From Octopus vulgaris (lineage: Eukaryota), in NCBI GenBank assembly GCA_951406725.2, contig OX597842.1, positions 20,088,001 through 20,152,000 of the forward strand: 64,000 nucleotides of DNA, given 5' to 3'. Position numbers and translations under genes: made by a program. Shown here piece by piece: positions 23,521 through 35,133 of the stretch. Position 1 is the stretch's first letter, and each line of letters opens with the position of its first letter. The notes under the pieces are model-generated. The model did no database searches. It saw nothing but the letters and a program-made list of their open reading frames with translations, and was not told the origin of the DNA.

Positions 23521-26379
23521 TAGCGGCGCGTTTCTCATCGTTACCTGTGGTCGACATTCTGGTGAAGGGGAAGATGTCGCGAGCCCTGGTGGACACGGGC
23601 TGTACGACGACCCTGATGACCACAGAAGTGGCAGAGACGTGGAGTGGAGGAAGCAGTGTCAGGGCAGTCGACGGAAGAGAAGTGCACTGCGAAGGGGTTA
23701 CGGATGCGCAGATCGTGGTGCAGGGACTGCAGCTGACGTTGCGAGCGATTGTGGTCGGTCACTTGGTGGACGAGATCGACGTGGTGATGGGGATGGATGC
23801 GATCACCCGTCTGGGAGGTGTTACCGTCAACGAGGCTGGCGTAACGTTTGGGCTAGCAGGGAAGCCGTGTAGGGCGACACCACGCACCGACGACGACCGT
23901 GAGGAAATGGATGCGGCGCACACCATTGAAGACCAGGATTTTCGGGCTGTCTTTGATGGCGAGAGGTGGACAGTGGAGTGGCACTGGAAGGGAGAGCCCC
24001 GATGTTAAAGAACAAAGTGGGCTGCTATCAGCATACTCTAAAAGGAGATGCCAGAAGTGAGTTCGAGGGGAGGTGGAGCGGTGGATTAAGGAGGGCATAC
24101 TGATCCCCTGGGAAAAAGAAGAGAGCGGAGTCCTGCCACTGATGGCGGTGATACAGCCCACAAAGCGTAAGGTCAGGCCAGTGCTCGACTTCCGAGAGCT
24201 GAATGACCACGTGTCGTGTCATACAGGCGGCGAGGCCACGGATGTCTGCGGAGACACCTTGCGAGAGTGGAGGCAGACGGCGGGGGCCTCCACGATTGTC
24301 GATTTGAAGTCGGCATACCTTCAGGTTCATGTGGCTGAGAAACTATGGAGGTACCAGCTCGTCAGGTATAGGGGCCGGACGTACTGTCTGACCAGGTTGG
24401 GATTCGGGCTGAATTCAGATCCGAAGATTATGGCAACAATTCTCAAGGCCGTCCTGGGGAAGGTGGACAGAGTAAAAAGGGCCACCAATTCATACATCGA
24501 CGACATTCTGGTGGATGAAACCGTGATACCAGCAACGGAGGTCATAGGCCACCTGAAGAGTTTTGGACTGATCGCCAAGCCGCCAGAGGCTATGGAGGGA
24601 GGTGCTGCACTGGGCCTCAAGCTATGGAGAGACAAAGCCGGCGCCTTGGTGTTCCGGCGAGGGAATGAGATCCCTGAACTGGGCGCCAGCATGAGTAGAC
24701 GGGAGCTGTTCTCTGTGTGTGGGAAGCTGGTGGGACACTACCCGATTGCAGGCTGGCTCCGGACAGCATGCAGCTTCATCAAGAGACGAGCCGAAGGAGT
24801 GAAGTGGAATGACAAAGTGGGGGAGAGGACGATCGACATGATGCAGGAAGTCCTGGTCAGAGTAAGAGCAGAGGACCCGGTGAGGGGCAGCTGGTACGTT
24901 CCCAAATCAAAGAGCGGGATCGTATGGTGTGACGCCAGTAGCATCGCAATAGGGATTGTCTTGGAAGTGGGAGGTGTCACGGTGGAAGATGCAGCCTGGC
25001 TCAGGAAGATGGATGACTGCAGTCACATCAACGTGGCGGAGTTGGAAGCCGTGCTGAAGGGGGTGAACCTAGCCTTGAAGTGGGGGTTGCACACCATAGA
25101 AATCAGGACTGATTCAGCCACTGTACTTGGTTGGGCGATGGCAGTCATCACCGATGAGCGGAGGGTGCGGACCAAAGGGGCTGCAGAGATGCTGGTAAAG
25201 CGTCGATTGGGGATACTGCGTGAACTGACCACTGAGTTCAATCTGAAGCTGAGCGTGATCTTTGTGCCTTCCGAGAAGAACAGGGCAGACGTCCTGACCA
25301 GGGTTAAGCGAGCCTGGTTGCAAGTGCCAGAGGACGCGAAGCAGGATCTAGCTGCAGTATGCCGTCTGAGCGACTCGGAGTTACGGAGACTACACACCAT
25401 GCATCACATGGGTGTGGACAGGACGTTGTTCCTGGCCAGAAAAGTCGACTCCGACGTAACAAGACAGAGCGTGCGGAGAGTGGTTAGCAGTTGCGACAGG
25501 TGCCAGTCCATCGACCCTGCTCCGGTCATGCATGAAGCGGGAAGTATTCCAGTGGACCAGGAATGGAGACGACTGGCGGTGGACATAACACACTACCGGC
25601 AGGGGACATACCTCTCAATGGTTGACTGCGGACCGGGGCGGTTCGCCATATGGAGGGAGATGAGGTCAGGAACCGCAGAAGAAATTGCGAAAGTGCTGAA
25701 CGAGATATTCCTGGAACGAGGCCCCGTGGATGAACTGCTTCTGGACAACGGCACTGCATTTCGCTCGGAGGCGCTGAGAGAAATGCTTGATGAGTGGAAG
25801 GTCAACCGCTTCTTCAGGGCGGCATACCGGCCAAGTGGAAACGGGGTGGTGGAAAGGCATCATCGTACCATCAAGGCCATGGCTGAGAGGGGTCACATTT
25901 CACCAGTCGAGGCCGTGTTTTGGTACAACATGTCGCCAAGATCAGGACAGGCCGAGGAGTCGGTGCCACACAGGGCAATATTCAGGTACGAGTGGAGACA
26001 TCCGTGTACTACATCAATGCGACCCGGGGCAGAGGAAGAGCACGCCTTCGTGCAGGTCGGGGAGGAAGTCTGGGTGAAACCCCCGAACGCACGGTGTACA
26101 TCGCAATGGGGAAAGGGGACAATAACCTCCGTAAATTCAAAGAACAACATCTCGGTAGATGGTATGCCACGCCACGTTTTGGACATACGGAGGATTGTCC
26201 ATGCCCCGGAGGATGGGACAAGCAACAGTGGGCAAGACGATAACAACAGACAGGATGACGAGGTCGGCAGCAACACGCCAGAAACAAGTCCTAGGGTCGC
26301 ACTGCGACTACAGAGGGAGCGGCACCCTCCTCCCTGGTTGGCTGACTACGAAACCAGTTTCAGGTGCGGGAGCGAGTGA
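23508..26379 (+). CDS. pol: Pol (protease, RT, RNase H, DDE integrase), with two 1-nt frameshifts near 24000 and 24070
   Basis: ALVDTGC; VDLKSAY, LGFGL, YIDDIL; WCDAS, HINVAEL, RTDS, NRADVL; H..HH..CDRC, AVDI, LDNG, NGVVER. In the -1 frame relative to gag, with the heptamer C CCT TTG at 23508-23514. Confidence 0.9.
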
Positions 26380-26415
26380 GGAAGCCGGTTCAGTGATCTA
26401 TAGATCATGGGGGCG

Positions 26416-26676
26416 TGTGGTGTGGTGATGAGGGAGGGAGCGGAAGTGGGTCTTGCAGGTCTCGCAGGGTGCATGCGCCGGCGGAAGCGGAAGTCAGCGA
26501 CAGAACGCACGTGCGGCATCGACGAGGGCAGTCAGACTCGAGAACGACGCCAAGACGACAAGACGCTAGCAAGTTGGCTCAAGGCGAATCCGGCTTCATC
26601 TCTACAGGTAAGACCAAATTACACTTCTAATTCTTTTCCTTGTTCTGTTACGCTCCTTTTCACCACATCTATCACA
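26416..26676 (+). repeat. 3' LTR (261 bp)
   Basis: Preceded only by TGGGGGCG and a 14-bp palindrome. Confidence 0.92.
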
Positions 26677-27221
26677 GAGTGCAAAGTTCTCCACCAATAG
26701 AATTAACCACTGCAGCTTCGACAGTCGGGATGTGTGGGCGAGAGGGTACTATGTTCAAAAATAAACATCATTTGGTCTATTACCGTCTCAATTGATTCTC
26801 GTATACATACGTATTATACATACGGACCCAAACAAGCCTATATATATATACAGAGGTGGGCAGAGTTAATCTAAAAGTTAACTTCGTTAATTCTTTGGAA
26901 AATCAACGGAAGTTACCGTTAAGGTTTATTGAACAAGAGGCATACCTACAGTTTAATACCCCACCGACTTTGTTGCCTCAAAACTTCCAAGAAGTTCATA
27001 CCTTTTAACGAAACTTTCACCAAAGGCGCATGAGTGGCTGTGTGGTAAGTAGCTTGCTTACCAATCACATGGTTCCGGGTTCATTCCCACTGCTTGACAC
27101 ATTGGGCAAGTGTCTTCCACGGGTCGACCAAAGCATTGTGAGTGGATTTGGTAGATAAAAACAGAACAGGCACACACACACACGAACAAGCACGCACACA
27201 CTATGGAAATTACACGGAATC

Positions 27222-28647
27222 GGATCTTTTCCTTTTGAACGGCAGTTTGTAACATAATTTCTAGGTAACTAAAAAGTTTTAAACTTCCTGTACTGGTAGA
27301 ATGTGTTTATAAAACATCTTTTTCTCTTGGCTTTATTGAGAAAATTCTATAGTTTGTAAGATATTTGGGATCTTTTCGGTTTGAACGGCAGTTTTTAAAA
27401 TAATTTCCACGTAACTAAACACTTTTAAACTTCGTATACTGGTAGAATGTGTTTATAAAACATCTTTTTCTCTTGGCTTTATTGAGAAAATTCTATACTT
27501 TGTAAGATATTTGGGATCTTTTCCGTTTGACCGGCAGTTTTTAAAAATAATTTCCACGTAACTAAACACTTTTAAACTTCGTATACTGGTAGAATGTGTT
27601 TATAAAACATCTTTTTCTCTTGGCTTTATTGAGAAAATTCTATAGGTTGTAAGATATTTCGTCTTTAATTTCTTGCATTTCGGCAATTTTAACCAATCAC
27701 TGGCGTCCATTTAGGTAAATAACATTCTGTACATTATGAATATGTCCCTTCTTTATGAAACAGATTGGGTTTATTTACATTTGTGAAGAAAAAAGATACC
27801 CTTCCCCCCACCCCTAACCCTAAATCTAAAATAGATTGAAATGCTAAGTTTTTTATAGCAGTGTCGTATGAAGTTGTCACCCATAATTATAACCCTAGTA
27901 TCGATCTATTGCATTTCAATCTATTTTAGATTTAGAGTTAGGGTTAGGGTTTGGGGTGGAGGAAGGGTATCTTTTTTCTTCACAAATGTAAATAAACCCA
28001 ATCTGTTTCTTAAACGAGGGACATATTCATTATGCACAGAATGTTGTTTACGTCAATGGAGGTAATTGATTGGTTAAAATTGCCGAAATGCAGGAAATTT
28101 TAGACGAAATATGTTACAATATTTATTACGAAATATGTTACAATGTTTCTTACCTCAATAGACGTCCATTGATTGGTTGAAATTGCGGAAATTGAAGAAA
28201 GAAAAACAACAAATGTCTTACAAACTATAGAATTTTCTCAATAAAGCCAAGAGAAAAAGATGTTTTATAAACACATTCTACCAGTATACGAAGTTTAAAA
28301 GTGTTTAGTTACGTGGAAATTATTTTAAAAAACTGCCGGTCAAACGGAAAAGATCCCAAATATCTTACAAACTATAGAATTTTCTCAATAAAGCCAAGGG
28401 AAAAGATGTTTTATAAACACATTCTACCAGTATACGAAGTTTAAAAGTGTTTAGTTAGTTGGAAATTATTTTAAAAAACTGCCGGTCAAACAGAAAAGAC
28501 CCAAATATCTTACAAATCATAGAATTTTCTCAATAAAGCCAAGAGAAAAAGATGTTTTATAAACACATTCTACCAGTATACGAAGTTTAAAAGTGTTTAG
28601 TTACGTGGAAATTATTTTAAAAAACTGCCGGTAAACGGAAAAGATCC
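27222..28647. mobile_element. 1.4-kb foldback made of two head-to-head MITE copies with triplicated ~146-bp termini
   Basis: TIR GGATCTTTTC(G/C)GTTTGA(A/C)CGGCAG at 27222, 27368 and 27514, and inverted ending about 28356, 28502 and 28646. Family also at 13150-13490, 39278-39470, 44850-45184, 45355-45657 and 47450-47640. Confidence 0.75.
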
Positions 28648-29106
28648 CCCCATTTTCCTAAAAGTTGATGGAAAAACTCGGATCTTGTGAATTTTCCCAA
28701 GTCCTCTCCCCACCCTCCCGTTGCGTAGCACGCATTTTGTTCCCTATTCGTTGCCTACACATTGTTTTACATCCATTTGAATATTTTTTCTTTTTCTTTT
28801 TTTTTTTTTTGATTTTCTGTTCCGGGTCAACCTATAAACATTAACCAACTCCTTTTTAAAAGTTTGATTGTCGAATGTTTTGTCATAAATAGGCAATCTT
28901 TTGTAATTACATTCCCAGTTACAAAATTATGCTCCACCCACCAAATTTATCTGTTCTAATTTCTGAAAAACAAAACGAAAATAAAAAGCCTTCTTCTATC
29001 ATACTCTCAATTTTGGTAACTTGCGCCGCAGGGTCTCGGAGGAGATGATGTTAGTTGAAGCCTACCAAACCTGCCACGCACAGACAACTTCAGCTTTATA
29101 TATATA

Positions 29107-29490
29107 CTAGCAGTATCGCCCGGGTTTGTTTCGACCCTTTAGAATTGGAATTTTTGAAAAGTAAAAAGTTTGCATTATGTAGCTTGTTATTCTCTTTAAG
29201 TGAACATTTTTCTGGTTGAAATACACCGAAAAGTGGCGACACAGCAGTGAAAAAATCGTAAAAAAATAGGGATTTTCATAGAAAAAAAGCACCTTTTTGA
29301 TGTAAATAATTTTTGGTGTTAACATGGTCCGATTTGAATTTTTTCTTCTGCGGAATGAAGAGCGAGCCTTCTTCTATCATACTCTCAATTTTGGTCAACT
29401 TGCGCCGCAGGGTCTCGGAGGAGATGGTGTTAGTTGAAGCCTACCAAACCTGCCACACACAGAGACAACTTCGGCTTTTTGTATATAGTT
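29107..29490 (-). mobile_element. Non-autonomous Helitron-like element
   Basis: CTAG end (ctagcagtatcgcccgg) shared with the other Helitrons. Its 5' part is duplicated at 28988-29105. Confidence 0.6.
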
Positions 29491-29772
29491 GGACTTTTAA
29501 ACACAACGGCACAAGGGAGACCACTCTGAATCTTAGCTGCCCTCGCTCTGTGATTTCTTTCATAAGCTAAGAATAGGAACTCGAACCCGCGGCTCTTACC
29601 TCGATCACTAAACGGTAAAACAAAGATATTTGTTCGTTATTTAAAGGAAAATTGCTTTAGATTGATCTTTTGTCTCCTGTCTGAGTAACTATTGAAGAGG
29701 CTAGAACATGCGTCTCGACCGAAATCAAAAGGAATTGAGAATGAAGTAAAATGCCACAATCAAATACACTTT

Positions 29773-29992
29773 GGTACTACTAGCGAACAGTGAGCCCGGG
29801 GCGCGCACTCACGCTAGCTAGTCGATCCTACGACTTTTTAAACCTAACCCTAACCTTAGTTTTGTTTATAAAAATCATTTATTTACTCAGTTTGAAGAAT
29901 TATTTACTTTGTTCGAAAAATATTATTTAATTTCCTTTGATATGTATTCAGCCTTGAAATACAAACATACGCGCAAGTTCGCTAGTAGTACC
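29773..29992. mobile_element. MITE with GGTACTACTAGCGAAC TIRs
   Basis: Perfect 16-bp inverted termini. Related ends at about 17550-17610, 35134-36009 and 45805-45872. Confidence 0.7.
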
Positions 29993-30359
29993 ATCTTTCT
30001 GAACACTTTGTAAATATGTTTGAGTTGACAAACTAGGGATTCGTGTAGAACAGTAAACCATTGGTCGAAACATACCACCACTGATACACCTCATTCCCTT
30101 TTTATGTTCGAATTTGGCTGCCCTTTCTAATACACCGATCGACCACAGACACTTTGATCTCGCATGGGCCGTAGCAGATACTGTTTACTACAAGAACACT
30201 CGTGGGAGAAGGAACGTATGGCTCATGAAAGTGAGGTAAGGTTTTAGTGATAGCGACTGTACGACATGCAATGGGTTTTGAAGATTTTCCCTGCTTCATT
30301 GTAAAAACTTAATTTCTGAGCATCTAACTAGCTATTACCTCCTTTCTGTAACTCTGGAT

Positions 30360-30640
30360 AGGGGCCATACCGGGTACTGTCAGCCGGAGCTAGCTGAGCC
30401 CGGGACTCGTGTCAGGCAGGGTCGTCACTGCCTGAAGTAGTGAAGAAAATCGCTACCATAGGCGGTTTAGTGTTTGACTCGACACTCTTCCGGCAGCTCC
30501 TGCAACGAAGCTGGTGCCAAACGTAATGCTCTGCACTCCTTTGGACTACGTCAGCAAGGTCGAGAGAGGAATCCTGACGATTGGGCTACCCAGGATTTTC
30601 TTACATCTAGCCCAGGCCTGCGCAAAACTGGAGAGGACAT
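30360..30640 (+). mobile_element. Probable RTE-type LINE 5' UTR fragment
   Basis: GC-rich gctggtgccaaacgta..aaggtcgagagagg..cccaggcctgcgc..ctggagagg string resembling RTE leaders. Recognised by eye only. Confidence 0.35.
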
Positions 30641-30979
30641 GAAATGTAAAAAACCAGACTGGATTAGTTTATGCTCAACTCCCATTGTCTCCCGAGACAA
30701 AAGGATGCCAACAACTTCTTCAAGGCATTCCTTCGATATAACTCGACAAAATCAAAACGTTTCCCTTCGGGTATTTCCGTGGGTTGTGGAGTATAGATAT
30801 AACGATGGAAGGATGTGATGAGAAAGGTGGGTGGCAGTAACCCAGCTTAATCATTGACGAAAGGAAAAGATCGTTGCCGGGCCTTATAGGGTGCCGGGTT
30901 CGATCCTTTAATCTTTTTATTCGTTTTCTTATGTGTTTTTTTGCTTTTTTTAAAGTTTTAGTCTAAGGTTAAATTAATT

Positions 30980-31107
30980 ACTTTTTTACTTGTTTCAGTT
31001 ATTTGACTGCGGCCATGCTGGAGCACCGCCTTTAATCGAGCAAATCGACTCCTGGACTTATTCGTTTGTAAGCCCAGTACTTATTCTATCTATATATATA
31101 TATATAA

Positions 31108-31144
<37 letters not shown>

Positions 31145-31897
31145 ATAATAATATTAGGGAATAAATCCAAACTTACAGGGAAAAATTAGATTTAGGATTA
31201 AATCCAATTTTATAGTATAAATATATACGACGGGCTTCTTTCAGTTTCCGTCTACCAAATCCACTCACAAGGCTTTGGTCGGCTAGGGGCTATAGTAGAA
31301 GACACTTGCCGAAGATGCCACGCAGTGGGACTGAACCCGGAACCATGTGGTTGGTAAATAAGCTACTTACCACACAGCCACTCCTTTGCCTATATACGAC
31401 AGGCTTCTTTCAGTTTCCGTCTACCAAATCCACTCACAAGGCTTTGGTCGGCTAGGGGCTATAGTAGAAGACACTTGCCGAAGATGCCACGCAGTGGAAC
31501 TGAACCCGGAACCATGTGGTTGGTAAATAAGCTACTTACCACACAGCCACTCCTTTGCCTATATACGACAGGCTTCTTTCAGTTTCCGTCTACCAAATCC
31601 ACTCACAAGGCTTTGGTCGGCCTGAGGCTATAGCAGAAGACACTTGCCGAAGATGCCACGCAGTGGGACTGAACCCGGAACCATGTGGTTGGTAAATAAG
31701 CTATTTACCACACAGCCACTCCTTTGCCTATATACGACAGGCTTCTTTCAGTTTCCGTCTACCAAATCCACTCACAAGGCTTTGGTCGGCTAGGGGCTAT
31801 AGTAGAAGACACTTGCCGAAGATGCCACGCAGTGGGACTGAACCCGGAACCATGTGGTTGGTAAATAAGCTACTTACCACACAGCCACTCCTGCACC
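30980..31897 (-). repeat. S2 SINE with four tandem heads (~168 bp)
   Basis: Heads repeat from about 31228, 31397, 31565 and 31734; single tail at 30980-31090. Confidence 0.85.
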
Positions 31898-32596
31898 TAT
31901 GGTGCATAAAATATATTTTAGTAAATTTTTAAATGATATCATACGAACTCATATAACACTTTTGTTTGTCCTGTGTTGTCGCATTCTGTATAAGATCGTT
32001 CTGATCATAATAAAGATTCCATTTTAAACCTGAAGAAAAAAAGCTTTGCATATTTCTTCTTAACCCATTTCGTTTGTGTCTGTAAAATCCGCAAATTTCC
32101 AAGAAGAAAACAGAATCGAACTGTCGTTTGCTTCCACGGAAATACCCGAAGTGAAATGTTTTGATTCTGTCGAGTTATATTGAAAGAATGCCAGAAATGC
32201 CTTGTGGTATTCTTTCCGGCTCTTTCGGAATTCAACCCTTGCGTTCCCCCGGGGGCTAATAAAATATCTGCCAAGTACTGGCAGACAAACGTAGTCATGT
32301 GCTTACAAATTAAGGAAACGGAGCCCCAATTTTGGCGATCTTTCGTTTTCAGTACAGTTTACATCACTTCTAAACCACGTAGGTTTGTTTATGTTTCTCC
32401 TGAACATGATCGGTGCTTTCCGTAAAAACTTTATTCTTTACGTACGTGGGAGGACAGGGGACTTTTCTTTTGAAGTCGGCGTAAAGCGAAAGAGAGAGAG
32501 GAATTGATGTGTGGGCGTGTGTTGATGGGGTGCACGAGGCAGAAAGTGTGGTGCGTATATGAAATTTGCACGTATGTTTATGCAACGAACGGTATA

Positions 32597-32956
32597 CTCT
32601 CTCTTTTACTTGTTTCAGTTATTTTGATGGCGGCCATGCTGGAGCAACGCCTTTAATCGAGCAACTCGACCCCGGGACTTATTTTTTTGTAAGTCCAGTA
32701 CTTATTCTATCGGTCTCTTTTGCCGAACCAAAGTGACGGGGACATAAACACACCAGCATCGGTTGTCAAGCAATGCTAGGGGGACAAACACACATATATA
32801 GATACGGCAGGCTTCTTTCAGTTCCCGTCTACCAAATCCACTCAGAAGGCATTGGTCGGCCCGGGGCTATAGCAGAAGACACCTGCCCAAGGTGCCACGC
32901 AGTGGGACCGAACCCGGAACCCTGAGGTTGGTTAGCAAGCTACTTACCACACAGCC
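32597..32956 (-). mobile_element. S2 SINE
   Basis: Head and tail match the family. Confidence 0.8.
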
Positions 32957-33220
32957 CTGGAGCAACTTTTAAAAAGTTCTAAAAGCTAACCCCACCACCG
33001 CCCTCCCCTATCCGAACTGATTTTCGTGGGGACTTACGCACTGGAGAAGCTTTCCGGTAAAAGAAAAAAGGAAATTCAAGCGAAAAGGTAGGATTTAAGG
33101 GCTGTTATTTGTAGGAAAAACCAGTACATTTAAAACTCTCCTTGAAGTCTACTCACAATAAGAAAAAGAAACATCGCAAATCGCCAAAAAAGCGGAATTA
33201 ACCTTCATGAGAATGTGGGT

Positions 33221-33236
33221 GGCCCTGAAAAGGACG
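33221..33236 (-). terminator. Histone 3' stem-loop of H2B (damaged)
   Basis: CGTCCTTTTCAGGGCC followed by ACCCA; two changes from GGCCCTTTTCAGGGCC. Confidence 0.8.
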
Positions 33237-33268
33237 GTTATTCTTCGATGAAGAGAAACGAAGCAGGT

Positions 33269-33646
33269 TTATTTGCTGCTAGTGTATTTGGTGACGGCCT
33301 TGGTACCCTCAGAGACGGCGTGTTTGGCCAACTCACCAGGAAGGAGAAGACGGACAGCAGTCTGCACCTCACGGCTACTGATGGTCGAACGTTTGTTGTA
33401 GTGAGCCAAGCGGCTGGATTCAGAAGCTATTCTTTCGAACAGATCGTTGACAAAACTGTTCATGATGGACATAGCTTTGCTGGAGATGCCAGTGTCCGGG
33501 TGGACTTGCTTCATCACTTTGTAGATGTAGATGGAGTAACTTTCCTTCCTCTTCTTCTTACGTTTCTTGTCCCCGTCAGGGCGAGAGGTCTTGGCCTTGG
33601 AGGCCTTCTTGGCTCCTTTCGAAGCAGTTGCTGGTGCTGGTGGCAT
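33269..33646 (-). CDS. H2B: Histone H2B (125 aa, intact ORF; promoter lost)
   Basis: [65 protein letters not shown]. Intronless, with a stem-loop downstream. Confidence 0.95.
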   Translation of the reverse strand: MPPAPATASKGAKKASKAKTSRPDGDKKRKKKRKESYSIYIYKVMKQVHPDTGISSKAMSIMNSFVNDLFERIASESSRLAHYNKRSTISSREVQTAVRLLLPGELAKHAVSEGTKAVTKYTSSK

Positions 33647-33665
33647 AATGTCACTTGCGAAAGCT

Positions 33666-34620
33666 ATTTCTTTATTATCCATAAGGATTAACACAGATGG
33701 GGACAATACAATGGTTTGGGGTCAAAACATGGAACTTTTTACAATGAAACCGGATGAGTTATGTACAGTGGTGTTATAATGAAATCGAAAAACAAACAAC
33801 AAGAAAGGACAATGAAGATAAAAGAACAGGGTAGCCGACCCCACGAGCCCTGTTATTTCAGCAGAGACTTTTGGTAAGTGATCATGCAGGGCCTTTCACA
33901 CCCAGCATTCGTGCTACATGCGTCCATCTTTTTTTGAATACAGACTTAGTCAGACACCTTTTCTCCAGCTCCACTTTTTACTTCAGATGGAATTTGAAGA
34001 AGTTTGTTAGGTCGGTGCCAGAGATCATGGTGTCTGACATTAAACCTTTCACTCTTGTCTTCCATATAACCTCTTTCGCAACTGCTACTGTCACGAGAAA
34101 GCAATGCTTACCTTCGTTCGTCATGAAACCAGGTGGGTCAATTTTAAGGATTGACTCAGACGACAGCTGTACTCTTCCCTCGTCCGACAACAGGTGTTCG
34201 GCATAAACCCACACTTCCGAAATCTCCGGACATTGAACGATGGCGTGCAGGACTGTTTCCACGTCCTGTCCGGCATTGCCCGAGTTGCGGAAGCGTACGA
34301 GAGCCTTTCGGCACTCCGAATACCACATATTTGATTTCAGTCTGCGACGAAACCAGGTTTCTCTACCACCAAAACTGGCAAAGCTGGGGAATGTTTGTCT
34401 TGCGAGCGGAGACCACACCCGTTCACCTTCCAGGTAGAGCCAAAGATGCCTGAGCCTCAGCGCATGTCTGCGCATCAACAGCCAAGGCATCCCTAACCCA
34501 CCCTTTAACGGTTGTTGACAACAGATAGAACGTCTCACAAGAGGTTTGGAGCCTTTCCACAAAAAGCGGAAGATTTGCCTCTCCAACTTGTTTACCCACG
34601 AATCCGGACAGGGGACGACG
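33666..34620 (-). mobile_element. 5'-truncated Tx1/L1-type LINE
   Basis: [43 protein letters not shown] (post-RT and zinc-binding region, CxxC apparently deleted). 3' UTR ends aataaagaaat about 20 nt upstream of the H2B ATG. Confidence 0.85.
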
Positions 34621-34894
34621 TAAGGGAAATTATGCCCAACGTGTCGGTGCCGGAGCCCCAGTCTACTTGGCCGCTGTAATGGAATATTTGGCTGCTGAGG
34701 TGTTGGAATTGGCAGGAAATGCTGCCAGAGATAACAAGAAATCGAGAATCATTCCCCGTCACTTGCAGTTGGCCATCCGTAACGACGAAGAATTGAACAA
34801 ACTTTTGTCCGGAGTGACCATCGCCCAGGGTGGTGTTCTTCCCAACATTCAGGCTGTTCTTCTGCCCAAGAAAACCCAGAAGGCTTCTAAGTAA
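34619..34894 (+). pseudogene. H2A: Histone H2A lacking the first ~35 codons
   Basis: [74 protein letters not shown]. The upstream sequence is LINE. Confidence 0.92.
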
Positions 34895-34932
34895 ATTAAT
34901 TCGGTGGCATTTTTTGCTTTATCCAAAACAAC

Positions 34933-34948
34933 GGCCCTTTTCAGGGCC
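34933..34948 (+). terminator. Histone 3' stem-loop of H2A
   Basis: GGCCCTTTTCAGGGCC, perfect consensus. Confidence 0.92.
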
Positions 34949-35133
34949 TCTCACACTTTGCGTATTTGTCTTCTCTCGACTTAATATTTGCGATTTATAA
35001 TCTGTCAAAACTATGTTATTTGGTATTGGTGCCGAATGAATGTTTTATTATTTATTCTTTCACCCGCATAATTTTCACTAGACGAAGAATACTCTTTTGT
35101 ATGGGGTCAGGAACCGCTGACCTCAAGGTGTGC

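Larger units (their letters stand above)
22497..26676 (+). mobile_element. Full-length compact LTR retrotransposon (gag, PR-RT-RH-IN order)
   Basis: TG..CA LTRs at 22497-22711 and 26416-26676. 5-bp TSD GAGTG (22492-22496, 26677-26681). GC-rich relative to host. Confidence 0.95.

Noticed and set aside
30720-32200. ~65-bp inverted similarity between 30720-30785 and 32133-32200
   Set aside because: Real but imperfect, with no TSD or coding content; I cannot assign a function.
33215-33691. 158-aa ORF antisense to H2B, and the antisense ORFs across gag/pol
   Set aside because: Shadow ORFs caused by codon bias and GC content of the sense genes.
33647-33706. N-terminally extended 145-aa H2B
   Set aside because: The extension starts at a non-ATG codon inside the LINE 3' UTR. 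The canonical start is MPPAP at 33646.
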